From positions 248,001 through 312,000 of the forward strand of contig CP145416.1 of the NCBI GenBank assembly GCA_036867785.1: a DNA stretch of 64,000 nt, given 5' to 3'. Numbering within the stretch: position 1 is the first letter of the stretch; each line of letters starts with the position of its first letter. The translations under genes and the position numbers were made by a program. Below are positions 10,225 to 22,039 of this stretch, one piece after another. Below the pieces are notes generated by a model, which was not told the DNA's origin, did no database searches, and saw only the letters and a list, made by a program, of their open reading frames with translations. The DNA is from Plasmodiophora brassicae (Eukaryota).

Positions 10225-12771
10225 ATGGCAGGAGGCGATGGGTCGATTCCGTCATGGGCGGACGACGTCCCATCGTCCGCGAATCCGGATGTTGCGGGTG
10301 TGTCGGATTTTGCTCTCGGTTCCCTGTCGCAGCTGCACTTCGCGCGGGGTGTTCTGCCACTGGCGAATCATCTCCCTGCACGACCGCTCACCCCGCCTTC
10401 GCTCACTAGTACCGCTGCCGATTGGCCCGACGACTCTCTGTCCTCTTCGGACCCTCACTCCCCGCCTGCCTTATCGTCCCTACACGTTTCTGCCGCCTCG
10501 ACGTCTCTGCAGGACCCCGGCGGCGCGCCTCGGCATGACCCTGTCTCCTCGACGTCGCAGCATATTGGCGCTTCGTCCGTTGGGGCTCGGGTGCCGGCGC
10601 CACGGGTGTCTCCGGGCCCACCCTTAACGTCTATTGTTGTCCAGTCACAAGACATTCCGCGTTTTTCGGGAAGCGATGGTCTGTCGACGACGCGTTGGTT
10701 GACTGCGTTCTCTCGGATCACCCAGACGTCGTTAACGTCTACAAGTCCTCTATCCGGCGATGTGCAATGTGTCTTAACGACAGCCTTGCAAGGTCAGGCG
10801 CTTGAGACTTACCTCGACTTGCCTGCGGACGCGTCTATGGCGGACGTAGCGTCCGTCCTGCTCCATGACTTCCCGGGACCTTCGTTCAAGCAGGTTGAAG
10901 CGAAGTTTGACAACCTGAAGCAGACTGCAGGTGTCGCTCACCACGCACTGGCATTCCAACGCTTGTACAAGCACCTTCAACGACTTGACCCATTGTACAG
11001 ACTCAATCCGGCCCGCTTGGCGGAAAAGTTCCGCCTCTCGTTGAACCCTGCGCTCTCAGAAGCGCTGTTCTTCTACAACTTCAGAGACTACGACAAAGTT
11101 CTCGAGATGGCGGTTCATCTTGAGTCGAAATACCCAATCGCCGCCATCAACGCTGGCGGTGATGCAAGGGCACAACCCCTGGCTTGCCACTATTGTCGCG
11201 AAGTTGGGCATTTTATTGCGTCCTGCCCGAAGAGGCCACCGTGCCCGCACTGTCATAAGGTTGGCCACCGCTCATCGCTGTGTCCCGAGCGGTCCGGCAA
11301 CCCTCTCCACGTCACTGATCTGTTCCTTATGACGTCTCCCTCAATACCGCATCTATTGGTATCGGTACGCCTCGTTATCGGCTCACGCCGTGTCAACACT
11401 ATCGCCCTGTTAGACTGTGGTGCGACTTCCAACTTCATCGACTGGTCGTTCTGTCGTCACCATGAAATACCGGTTCGCTCTAAAGCGCGTACCATTCCTG
11501 TTCGCGTCATCGACGGGCGACACCTGTCTCCAGTAACTCAGGAAACCGTCCCGCTACGTGCTACCGTCGACGGATGTTTCGACAGCGATGTCGTCCTGAA
11601 CATGATCCACTCGCCTCAACACCCTGTCATTCTTGGGCTGCCTTGGTTGGCGGATACAAACCCAGATATCGATTGGCGTCAGCGCCGCCTACAGCGCCGC
11701 GGAGATACCCTCGTGGGGATGTCACGCCGTACAGGAGACGTCCATGAGTCTGGGTCCTTCGTCTCTTCGGCGGGACCATTTGCTAAGCGCGGGGATAGTC
11801 TCTCAGCTGGGGTCTCACCTCCTGCACGAAGCGTTCCTGCGCCTGCGTGTGCCATCCCTTCAGCTGAATCACTTGAAACGCTGCCGCTTACATCCGTGTT
11901 TGTCGACGGCAAGCTGGCTTCCGTAGCTAACGACGACCACCCGGAGTGCCACATTGCCATTGCTGCGATCGACGACAGGCCGAGCCCTTCCGCTTTCGAT
12001 TATGGTAGCATCCCGGGGGTCGCCGCCTTCAATGATACTGTTGCCCCCAGCCGCACCGATCTCTTATCATTGCCCCGTTCAGGCTCCGAGTCCACGCCCC
12101 TTATGTCCTCCTTCCGGAACTGGGGCCCCGTTCGACGAGGGGTGAGACGGCCTCTCCCGCCGCCCCCGCCGCCTCCCTCCAATGATGGCTTCCGAGACGG
12201 CCACAGCCTCAATCTTCTGATGTTCGCAACCTTTGTCGCCCTGACCTGGATCCTAGTTGGGTGGCCGTATTTTCCAATAGCACAGCTGTGTACGAGCGCC
12301 TCTGCGGAGCCCCCGCCCTTGAATGCGCCCGCCGAGTCCTTCTTTGAACCTTTTGCTACGCTAGAGGATGACCAGGTCTCATCAACCTTGATCGCGTTTC
12401 TCAACCCCGATCTCATGTTCCTGGACGCCGCCGCACGTGCGTTTGCCCACAAGCTACATCGACGACAGATTCGTTCACTCCAATTCCTTAGCGAAGTTGA
12501 TTTCGTTCATTGGACACCTGACGCCCTGACTCGTCGACTGGAGTACAGACTGTCGCCTAATGATGAAGCAGTTCTTGCTAGGCCTCACCAAATGCTTCCA
12601 ACCAGACAAGCCCGCAGCCCGTTCCCGGTGCGGCTAAAAGGGGACTATTATGTCACGACTGAGTCGTGTTGGCGACTCAGCCGGCACCAAATTGGGCTCC
12701 TTCGTAGCGCACTGGGTACAATAAACGTCCACGGCGCGGACCGACCTCAGTCGGTCAATCCGTGTGGTTGA
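10225..12771 (+). CDS. Gag-protease fusion with hydrophobic segment and RNase H remnant (about 848 aa)
   Basis: Two CCHC knuckles, ALLDCGATSNF protease, ILGLPWL, hydrophobic LLMFATFVALTWILVGW, then HKLHRRQIR...PDALTRR. Uninterrupted ORF ending inside the 3' LTR. Confidence 0.85.
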   Translation: MAGGDGSIPSWADDVPSSANPDVAGVSDFALGSLSQLHFARGVLPLANHLPARPLTPPSLTSTAADWPDDSLSSSDPHSPPALSSLHVSAASTSLQDPGGAPRHDPVSSTSQHIGASSVGARVPAPRVSPGPPLTSIVVQSQDIPRFSGSDGLSTTRWLTAFSRITQTSLTSTSPLSGDVQCVLTTALQGQALETYLDLPADASMADVASVLLHDFPGPSFKQVEAKFDNLKQTAGVAHHALAFQRLYKHLQRLDPLYRLNPARLAEKFRLSLNPALSEALFFYNFRDYDKVLEMAVHLESKYPIAAINAGGDARAQPLACHYCREVGHFIASCPKRPPCPHCHKVGHRSSLCPERSGNPLHVTDLFLMTSPSIPHLLVSVRLVIGSRRVNTIALLDCGATSNFIDWSFCRHHEIPVRSKARTIPVRVIDGRHLSPVTQETVPLRATVDGCFDSDVVLNMIHSPQHPVILGLPWLADTNPDIDWRQRRLQRRGDTLVGMSRRTGDVHESGSFVSSAGPFAKRGDSLSAGVSPPARSVPAPACAIPSAESLETLPLTSVFVDGKLASVANDDHPECHIAIAAIDDRPSPSAFDYGSIPGVAAFNDTVAPSRTDLLSLPRSGSESTPLMSSFRNWGPVRRGVRRPLPPPPPPPSNDGFRDGHSLNLLMFATFVALTWILVGWPYFPIAQLCTSASAEPPPLNAPAESFFEPFATLEDDQVSSTLIAFLNPDLMFLDAAARAFAHKLHRRQIRSLQFLSEVDFVHWTPDALTRRLEYRLSPNDEAVLARPHQMLPTRQARSPFPVRLKGDYYVTTESCWRLSRHQIGLLRSALGTINVHGADRPQSVNPCG

Positions 12772-12793
12772 CTCATCGTGTTCGGTCGTCACA

Positions 12794-15050
12794 GTCTCCT
12801 GATGACGTATCCACCGACGAAGATGATGATGACGCTGAAGATGATCCCGACTACGAAGGTTCGGCGTCCAGCAACGACTCTCCCAACGAAGCTGCCGACC
12901 CCGACGTCCACGACAATTCCGATGCTGCTGATATCGTTGACCACAATGTCATCGACGTGCCACGCCCTCGCCGATCGAATCGTCGTCGTCAACCGCCTGG
13001 TGAATGGTGGAAGGCGCCGGAGGCGGCCAATCGTTCGTCGACACGGTGGTCCTCGACGGTCGACGCCTGGTTCCAGAATCCGACCCTAACGTTCCCGACA
13101 CAGCGCCCTCCTCGTCGCTCCCGCCGACTGATCCGGCATTGGCAGCAGGTTGAGGAGCGCCGTCTGATCGATCAGGCCATCAGGTCCAACCGTCCGACAT
13201 GTCGCGGCGCCGCTGCCAAGACATGTCGAGCCAAGGTATCCGCCCCGATCGACCCAGCCCGTCTACCACGACCCGACCTGTCGAAGCTGAAAGCGACCGA
13301 CATTCCCGTACCCAACTCAATGGCCGATGCCCTCTCATCACCTTTCGCTGGCCACTGGTGAGACGCCGCCGTCACCCAGATGGCAACACTGGACGCCAAG
13401 GACACGTTCGGCCCGCTAATCGACCTGCCGAAAAGTAAGATCGCTGTTGGCGCCAAGTGGGTGTTCCGAGTGAAGTCCTCGCTCAGTGGCAACGGTGGCA
13501 TCCGCAAGTTCACCGCCCGACTCTGTGCTCAGGGCTTCCGACAACGCCCCGGCATCGACTTCGACGATACGTTCGCGCCGACCGCCCGTGCCACTGCGTT
13601 CCTCGTTATCCTAGCGCTCGCGGCGCAGCACGGCCTGCATCTTCGCCAGGTCGACTGGGTGGCCGCATACCTGAACGCCGACATGCTCCATGATGTTTAC
13701 ATTCGTCAGCCGGATGGCTTCACCGATCATCACGTCCCGTACCGAGTTCGTCAACTGCAAAAGGCCCTTTATGGAACGAAACAAGGCGCCGAACGTTGGT
13801 ACAAGACGCTTCGGGAGATGCTGTTATCACTCGGATTCGAATCGATCATCGCGGACCCCTGCGTCTTCCGGTACGATCGCGATGGAAAGTTCATGATCAT
13901 GTCGGTGCACACCGACGACGGTCTGCTGGCGTACAATGACGTCCCGTTCGCGGAATCCGTTCTCGAGAAGCTCTCCACGATGGCCGAGATCACCGATCAA
14001 GGTGAACCGTCGACCCTGCTTGGCATGCGCATCCGACGCGAACCTGGCACCGGCGCCATCACCCTTGACCAAGCCGAGTACATCGAGAAGGTGTTGAGCG
14101 ACTTCAACATGTCGCATTGTCATCCGGTCGACACGCCGCACCAGCCTGGCGTTCACCTATCAACGACAATGAGTCCACAAAGCGACCTCGACCGCGACGA
14201 AATGGCGACCAAGCCGTACCTCAAACTTATTGGCTGCCTGACATGGCTCGCCCATCGATGCCGTCCCGACATCGCGTACATAACGAATGTACTGGCCCAA
14301 TTCTCCTCGAATCCCGGCATCCAGCATTGGCGTGCGGGGCAACGCGTTCTTGAGTACCTCGCCGGCACCATGACGCACGGCATCCGATACGAACGCCAGC
14401 CCGAAGATCGTCTGATCGCATACGCCGACGCTGATTGGGCATCCGACCCTGACACGCGACGGTCGCGCTCCGGCCACATCATCCTGCTGGCTGGCGGCCC
14501 CGTGCACTGGCAGTCACGTCGCCAAGACCTGGGCGCAGTCAAAGTTAGCTTATCGTCCACACATGCAGAGATCAAGTCGCTGTGTGCTGTTACCCGCCAG
14601 CTGGCCTGGATCCGGTTATTCCTGACCGAAATCGGCTTCGCACGCTCCAGTCCGACGATCGTATACGAGGACAATCAAGGCGCGAAGGCCTGGTCTGGCT
14701 ATCGTCGGATGGATGATCGCACGAAGGACATCGAGGTGCAGTTTCACTACACCCGGGAGGCCGTCGAGGCCAGTTTGATTGTCGTCCACAAGTGCCCGTC
14801 CGCCGAGATGGCTGCAGACTACCTCACGAAGCCCGCTCTCAGCACCTCGTATCATGCGAACCTGCTCCTGGCCGGCATCCTCGACACAAGTCCCAGGCCG
14901 TGTGCTGCTGGAGGGGGCGTGTCGAACAACGTATCCACTACGACCAGCAGCACATGCCTGCAGCACGTGAACGCCGTCACGCACTCCGCGACTCCGTGCC
15001 CGCCGGCGTTGGCAACCGTTACACCGTCGGCGACTACGTCGCCACTGTAA
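12794..15050 (+). pseudogene. Copia reverse transcriptase and RNase H (in-frame TGA at 13359-13361)
   Basis: ARLCAQGF, LQKALYGTKQ, HTDD, YADADWA, YEDNQ, MAADYLTK. Confidence 0.93.
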
Positions 15051-16163
15051 CGTCCGCCGCACACGCCGTACGTAATACATCCACTTCATTATTGTCTTTC
15101 TCATCTACCAATCGTCGTACATGATTTGAGCTTTGATTTCCTCGGTCATGTTGAGGTTTGTCAAACAACATGTCCAGTACAACCAGCAGCACATGCCTGC
15201 AGCACGCCGTCACGCACTCCGAAACTCCGTGTTCGCCGTCAACCGTTACGTCGTCGGCGACTACGTCGCCACTACAACGGCCACCGTGCCGTTGCGCAAA
15301 CGCCGTACGTAATACACTCACTTCGTTATTGTCTTCACAGATTAACAGTCGTAGGCGCAGGCGTTTTACCCCTTCTCGTCCTGGCCGAGCGCCAGGCGAC
15401 GCCGACGCCGAACGCGGATGACGACCCGTTGAATCACCTGACGATCGACGAGATCGACATCTGCCTAGCCGAAGCGGAGGCAAAGGTCGCAAGGCAGGAG
15501 AAGATCGACCGTCTTCGCATCCTGCACAAGCAGCTGGCGCGCCCGACCAGCTGTCCACCGATCCCGTCCGTGCCGATGGTTGCCGAGGCGCACACCCGAA
15601 GCGACGCAGGTCGGCTACCACTGCCCAAGTTCGATGGGACGCCCGACTCGTTCACGTCCTGGATTCAGACCGCGGCCCTCTGGTTCCGCAACCGTGGATA
15701 CGCGGACGTCATCGGGATCAACGAAGACGGCTCGCCGACCGCGACAACCGGTACGACGGACGGTCAGCTCGGAGGCGGCCGCGCGCGAGATTCTACTCGT
15801 CCACATGCTGGATCACAAGATCGCGTCTGCGTTGTCCTTGTTTCAAGCAGGCTCGGGTGCCAAGTGTTGGCGCGTGCTGTTCCAGGCGTACAGCCCGTCG
15901 TCGCTGGCGTCGGTCGTGCGCGCCGTCCGCGACCTCGTCACGATCCAACACATGCCCGGCGAGTCAGTCGCCACTTACACCGCCAGAGCTCAAGCCGCAG
16001 CTCATCGAGTCCGGGCAACGGTACCGACCGAGATGCTGTCCCTCACCGACGCGCTGGTTGCCGTCCTCATTCTGGCAAACGCATCATCCGATCTGGACGC
16101 GGTCGTCGCCGGCCTGCACAACCGTGCACTGGACACGCTGCCCAGTGTCTCCGAGGTCGTTGC

Positions 16164-16319
16164 TGTAGACCGGACCGCCCAACTAGGCCACCAGAGCAGC
16201 TGCTCTCGTGGCCTAATTGGGCCTTGAGCTTCTCCGGTGAGATGTTTTGTAGACCGGACCGCCCAACTAGGCCCCGAGAGCAGCTGCTCTCGTGGCCTAG
16301 TTGGGCGGTCCGGTCTACA
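16164..16319. mobile_element. 156-bp palindromic MITE with TGT..ACA ends and 4-bp TSD
   Basis: TSD TTGC (16160-16163, 16320-16323). TIR TGTAGACCGGACCGCCCAACTAGGCC. Removing it restores gag EVVASLTSE. Confidence 0.88.
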
Positions 16320-16700
16320 TTGCGTCACTGACGAGCGAAGACATTCGCATTCGCGATGTTCGCGACCGTCAAGAATCGTTCCAGACGGCCAACCGATCCA
16401 GCTGCAATACGTCGACACGTACCCGTGGACCTCGATGTCACAGTCAAGTCGCTGTCTTGGCGACTCAACCGGCACCTAATTGGGCTCCTCCGCAGCGCAC
16501 TACTACAATAAACGTCCACGGCGTTGGACCGACCTCAGTCGGTCAATCCGTGTGGTTGACACATCTTGCTCTGTCGTCACATTTTTACCGACTACCCTTC
16601 GGTCGTACGCGTATCGTCTCGTCTCGTCTCGGCCCGTATCGACTCATATCGTATTGCACCGCGTCCTAACAACTGTTCCGTCTAGTGTATCATCGCAGCT

Positions 16701-17808
16701 ATGGCGGGAGGTGATGGGTTGATTCCGGCGTTGTCGGACTCGCCATCGTCCGCGAATCCGGATGTTGCAGCTGCGGCGGATGTTGCTGGCGCTATCGAGC
16801 TGCGCGACCTGAAGGCGGAGATCCTCGACCTCTTAGCCCAGTTGAAATTCGCGCATGGCTCGCTGCCTAGGCCCAGCCCCCCCCCCCCCCCCCCCCGCAG
16901 CGCCAGCTGTCTCGTCTCCCGAAGTGCGCAACGACTCGTCGGATTCTCCGGTCACCAGTGCTGTGCCTTCCCTATTGCCTCTCCACGCTTCTGTGGCTTC
17001 GTCTCTGCCGAATTCTGTCGCCCCGTCGACGCTGCATCCCGTGTCCCCGCCGCCGCCGCCTATTGTTGTCCTGTCCCACGATATCCCGCGATTTTCGGGG
17101 GCGGACGGTCTGTCGACGATGCGTTGGTTGACCGCCTTCGCGCGGATCACCCAGACGCCGTTAACGTCTACCAGTCCGCTTTCCGACGCTGTGCAATGCA
17201 TCTTGACGACGGCCTTGAAAGGATACGCCTTGGAGACTTATCTTGACCTTTCCGAGGACGTGTCAATGGCGGACGTGGCATCCGCCCTGCTTCATGATTT
17301 TCCGGAGCCGTCGTTAAAGCGGGTCGAAGCTGATTTTGACAATTTGAAGCAGACTTCCAGTGTGGTTCACCACGCGCGGGAGTTCCAGCGCTTGTACAAG
17401 AAGGTTCAACAACTCGACCCCTTGTATAGGCTGAGTCCGTCCCGTTTGGCGGAAAAGTTCCGCTTGTCCTTGCACCCTGCACTTTCTGATGCCCTCTTCA
17501 TTTACAACTACACCGAGTACGACAAGATGTTCGAGATGGCGATCCATCTCGAACCGAAGTACCCGACCGCCGCTGTCAACGCTATCGAGGTCGGAGGGGC
17601 GCAACCTTTGGTCTGCCACTATTGTCGCGAGGCTGGACATTTCATTGCGTCCTGCCCCAAGCGACCTCCGTGCCAGCACTGTCACAAGGTTGGTCACCGC
17701 TCCGCGCTGTGCCCCGAGCGGCCTGCCGCTGCTGGTCCTCCGTCGCCCCCACCCAGCGCCAGCATCCCGCAGGCTGGTCCCCCGGGAAATGTGCCCGGGC
17801 GTCTGTGA
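16701..17808 (+). CDS. Gypsy Gag (apparent frameshift in the poly-C run near 16877-16896)
   Basis: MAGGDG start as in copies A and B, DIPRFSG, two CCHC knuckles. Confidence 0.85.
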
Positions 17809-17827
17809 ACGGGTTCCTCAGTCGCCC
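17784..17827 (+). promoter_or_regulatory. -1 ribosomal frameshift signal
   Basis: G GGA AAT heptamer in the gag frame, 6-nt spacer, GGGCG...CGCCC hairpin. Pol is in the -1 frame. Confidence 0.75.
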
Positions 17828-20800
17828 AGTAAACATTTCGTTTGGTTCCGAACCCGACTTTCTTCATGTTACGGATTTATTCTTTACGTCGGCTACATCT
17901 ATACCACATCTATTGGTTCCGGTCTGTCTCGCTATTGGCTCACGTCGCATCAGTACGCTCGCCTTGTTAGACTGTGGCGCGACGTCCAATTTTATCGACT
18001 GGTCGTTCTGTCGTCATCACGAAGTGCCTGTTCGCTCCAAATCGCGTGCAATTCCGGTTCGCGTCATTGACGGCCGTCATCTGGCCCCAATTACTCAGGA
18101 AACCGCCCCGCTACGAATCACCGTCGACGAATGTTTCGACAGTGACGTCGTCCTCAACATGATCCATTCGCCGCAGCATCCTGTCATCCTCGGCCTGCCG
18201 TGGTTGGCGGATACAAACCCTGACATCGATTGGCGGAGCCGCCGTCTCCAGCATCGCGGCCCTCGCCTCGCGGGGATCTCAATCCCGGCAGGAGACCTCC
18301 CTGCGTCTACGTATGCAGTTGATTCGGCGGCATCAGTCGAACCATTGCCGACTGCCTCAGCATCTGAGGTAGCCGAGGTGGAGGTAATTGCCCTCCCTGA
18401 GTTGGCTTCTGACGACGAGGACGACGACGATTACTCCGAGTTCGGGACCGTCCCGGCTGCGGGCGTCGATAGCTCTAGCGCTTCCGTCATCGCTCCCGAT
18501 TGCCTCTCGGAGGTCGCTGTCACTGATACGGTGGCCGCCGGTCACAGTGATCCGTCTGCTGCTGTTGTCGACAGCTCTAGCTCTCCCGCCCTCGCGCATG
18601 CCTGCCTCTCCGAGGTCGCTGCCACTGCTACTGTGGCAGCGTGCCACAACGACCCGTTATCATCGTTCCCCTCGGGCCCCGAGCCGTCGTGCGTCCGGCA
18701 CCGTGGACCCGTCCGTCGAGGGGCGGGACAACGCCTCTCGCCGCCTCGCCCCTCTGGCGGGCTTCGTGGTCGCCACATTATCAATCTTTTGATGACTGCA
18801 TCCTTGGTCGCCCTGGCCTGGGTCCTTGGGTGGACTTATCTTCCATTCACGCGGCTCTCTTCCGGTGCCTCTGCGGAGCCCCTGATCTCGAACGCCTCCG
18901 ACGAGTCCTTCTTTGCGCCCTTGGTCTCACCAGACGGTGACCCGGGGTCATCAACCTCGATTGCGTTTATCAGCGCTGAGCCGTTTCTGGATGCTATCGT
19001 TGACGACGCAGCTTGTTACCTTCTGCATTATACTTGGACCGAACTCGACTCGGACTCAGTCTCCGGGCCTGCGCTTCCTGACGCCTATCGTGAGTTCTCG
19101 GACGTGTTCGCCACTGGCAGCCCGGCGTGCCTGCCTCCTCACCGCGCTTCCGATTGCCCCATCGATCTTAAGCCCGGCAAGGAGCCACCATTTTGTCGGC
19201 TATATGGTCTCTCCCAACGAGAGCAGGTGGCCCTCAAGCAGTATCTGGAAGCCAATTTAAAGTCGAATTTCATTCGTCCTTCCCGTTCTTCGGCCGGTGC
19301 GCCGATTCTGTTTGTACGCAAGAAAGACGGCTCGCTGCGACTTTGTGTCGATTATCGCGGCCTCAATTCTGCCACGATCAAGAACCGGTATCCACTGCCT
19401 CTTATTGACCAACTTCTTGCCAACCTTAGTCGGGCCACGATCTTCACGAAAATCGACCTGCGCAGCGCGTATAATCAAATTCGTATCCGCGAAGGGGACG
19501 AGTGGAAGACGGCGTTTCGCACCCCGTATGGACTCTTCGAATATTTGGTTATGCCGTTTGGCCTCGCAAACGCACCGGCTTCGTTCCAGTCGTTCATGAA
19601 TGATATGTTCAAGGATTACCTCGACCAGTTCGTTGTCGTATATCTGGACGACATCCTTATTTTTTCTGCGAACGTCGCCGACCATGAACACCATGTGCGC
19701 CTCGTCCTGGAACGACTTCGGGCTAGCAGTCTTACCGCTAATATGGAGAAGTGCGTTTTCGGCGCCAAGGAGGTTGAGTTTCTCGGCTACCTCGTTTTTC
19801 GAGACGGACTGCGCCTCGACCCTGCCTGTATCGACACTATCCTGTCTTGGCAACCGCCACGAGATATCCATGGTCTCCAAGTATTCTTGGGATTCGCCAA
19901 TTTTTATCGCAAATTTATTCCTCACTTCGCGGAAATTGCTCTACCACTCACAAACCTGACGCGTGACGGTGTCGCCTTTATCTGGGATGCTGACGCTCAA
20001 GCTGCATTCGGCTCTCTGAAGGTTGCGTTCACATCGGCACCTGTCTTGGGCCATTTCGATCCTCATCAACCGTGTGATGTTGAGACCGACGCCTCAGACT
20101 TTGCCATCGCTATGGTCCTTTCGCAAAAGGGCGGCGCAGATGGGGAGTTGCACCCGATCGCCTACTTCTCGCGGAAGCTGATTGCTGCCGAGATTAGCTA
20201 TCCCATTTACGACAAGGAACTCCTGGCGGTTGTGGAAGCGTTCACTAAGTGGCGGCAGTTCCTCGACTCAGATCAGCACCAAACTGTCGTGCATAGCGAC
20301 CATCGTAACCTCGTCCACTTCATGTCTACCCACAAGTTGAACAGACGTCAGGTTCGCTGGTCTCAACTGCTTAGCGAATTCGATTTCGTGATTCATCATC
20401 GTCCGGGGCGACTTCATGGGAAGCCGGACGCCCTCACTCGTCGTCCGGAATACCAACCTTCGCCTGGCGACGAAGAAATTCTAGCAATGTCTCAACAGCT
20501 GCTTCCACCGCATCGCTTCTTCCGCCCGGACCCAGCTATTCTCTTCCTCCAGACCGGTACATCAGGCATCTCCCTTGTCGAACGTGTTCGTCGCGAACAA
20601 GCCGATGACCCCTTCGTCCAGAAGACGTTATTATCGCTGGACGGGCCTCGTGGACGACGTTTCCGCGTTGCCGATGGTCTCTTATACAACGGAACCGCTC
20701 TCGTCGTCGCTGGTGAGGCCTGCAAGCTGGAAGTTCTGCACAGCCTTCACGACAACGTTACCGCCGGTCATTTTGGGGTTCGCAAGACATTGCAGCTCGT

Positions 20801-22039
20801 CAAGCGCGAGTTCTGGTGGCCCAAGATGTCCTCGTTCATCAAGGGTTACGTGGCGACCTGTGACACGTGTCGCCGCGTCAAACCTCCTCGCCATCGACCA
20901 TCCGGCCTGCTACTTCCGCTACCAATTCCAACCGCTCTCTGGTCCTCCATCTCAATGGACTTTATCGTCAAGCTCCCCTCCTCCCGTGGCTATGACTTTG
21001 TACTGGTCGTGGTCGACCGTTATTCGAAGATGGCCCACTTTGTGGCGTGTCGAGAATCCATTTCCGCGGATCAGCTTGCCGATCTGTTTCTTCAGAACGT
21101 GTTCCGTCTGCATGGCCTGCCCGACGACATTGTCTCGGATCGCGGACCTCAGTTCGTATCGTTGTTCTGGAAGCACCTCCTATGCCGTCTCGGCGTTGAA
21201 CGCCATCTGTCATCATCCCGCCATCCCGAATCTGATGGCCAGACCGAGCGCGTCAACCAGATATTAGAGCAATACCTTCGCTGTTATGTGTGCTACCTGC
21301 AAGACGACTGGGAGCCATTATTGCCGCTGGCCGAATTCTCTTACAATAACGTCGACCATTCGTCCACTGGAATGTCTCCCTTCTTCGCGAACTACGGCTA
21401 CAACCCTCAGCTACGCGACCCTCGTCCTTGCAAACACGGTAGCTCCAATCCCTCTGCCGATGAACGCGTGGAGAACTTGACGGCCATTCGCCGTTACCTA
21501 CACCGCCAACTGCATCGTGCTGTCAGCACCATGAAACGAGCTGCGGATCGGAAACGCCGACCTCATCCCGACTTCAAGATCGGGGAGTCGGTCATGCTCC
21601 GTCGAGGGGCAATTGCGACTGGCCGGCCATGCGGTAAGCTGGATGTCCAAATGCTCGGCCCTTTCGAAGTTAGTCGCATCGTCAATCCGGTCGCCTACGA
21701 ACTCCTGCTCCCGGCATCCTTCCGCATCCACAACGTCTTCCACGCATCCCAACTGGAACCGGACGTCCCGAACGTGATACCCCATCGTGTGCAGCCTCCG
21801 CCACCCCGATTCTGCTCGACGACGACGACCAACCGCTGTTCATCGTGAAGGAGGTCCTGGACTCTCGATACCGTGCTGGTAAGCTGCAGTATTATATCGA
21901 CTGGGAAGGCTACCCTGCATCCGAGCGCACCTGGGAACCCGCCTCCAACTTGCAGGGCACCGGCGGATTCGATCGCCTGCTCGCGGCATTCCACGCTCGG
22001 TACCCAGACAAGCCCGGACCCCGTCTTCGACGCCCGTAA
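17784..22039 (+). CDS. Gypsy Pol (PR-RT-RH-IN-chromodomain; frameshift near 21805)
   Basis: LLDCGAT, YLDD, ETDAS, HHCC, SMDF / SDRG / DGQTERVN, GPF, chromodomain YYIDWEGY...TWEP in the shifted frame. Confidence 0.93.

Larger units (their letters stand above)
9816..12793 (+). mobile_element. Non-autonomous Gypsy-derived LTR element (Gag-PR only), copy A
   Basis: 143-bp LTRs 9816-9958 and 12651-12793, apparently identical. TSD GTCTC. PPT AAAAGGGGACTATTA. No RT or integrase. Confidence 0.95.
5983..15103 (+). mobile_element. Ty1/Copia LTR retrotransposon copy 1 (carries two nested insertions)
   Basis: 5' LTR 5983-7064 (split by a hAT insert) and 3' LTR 14920-15103, both TG..CA. PPT GGAGGGGGCG at 14910-14919. 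Domain order gag-PR-IN-RT-RH. Confidence 0.95.

Noticed and set aside
16877-16896. Programmed frameshift at the poly-C in gag
   Set aside because: A long homopolymer is more likely a sequencing or slippage indel. The similar run near 50609 was also ignored.
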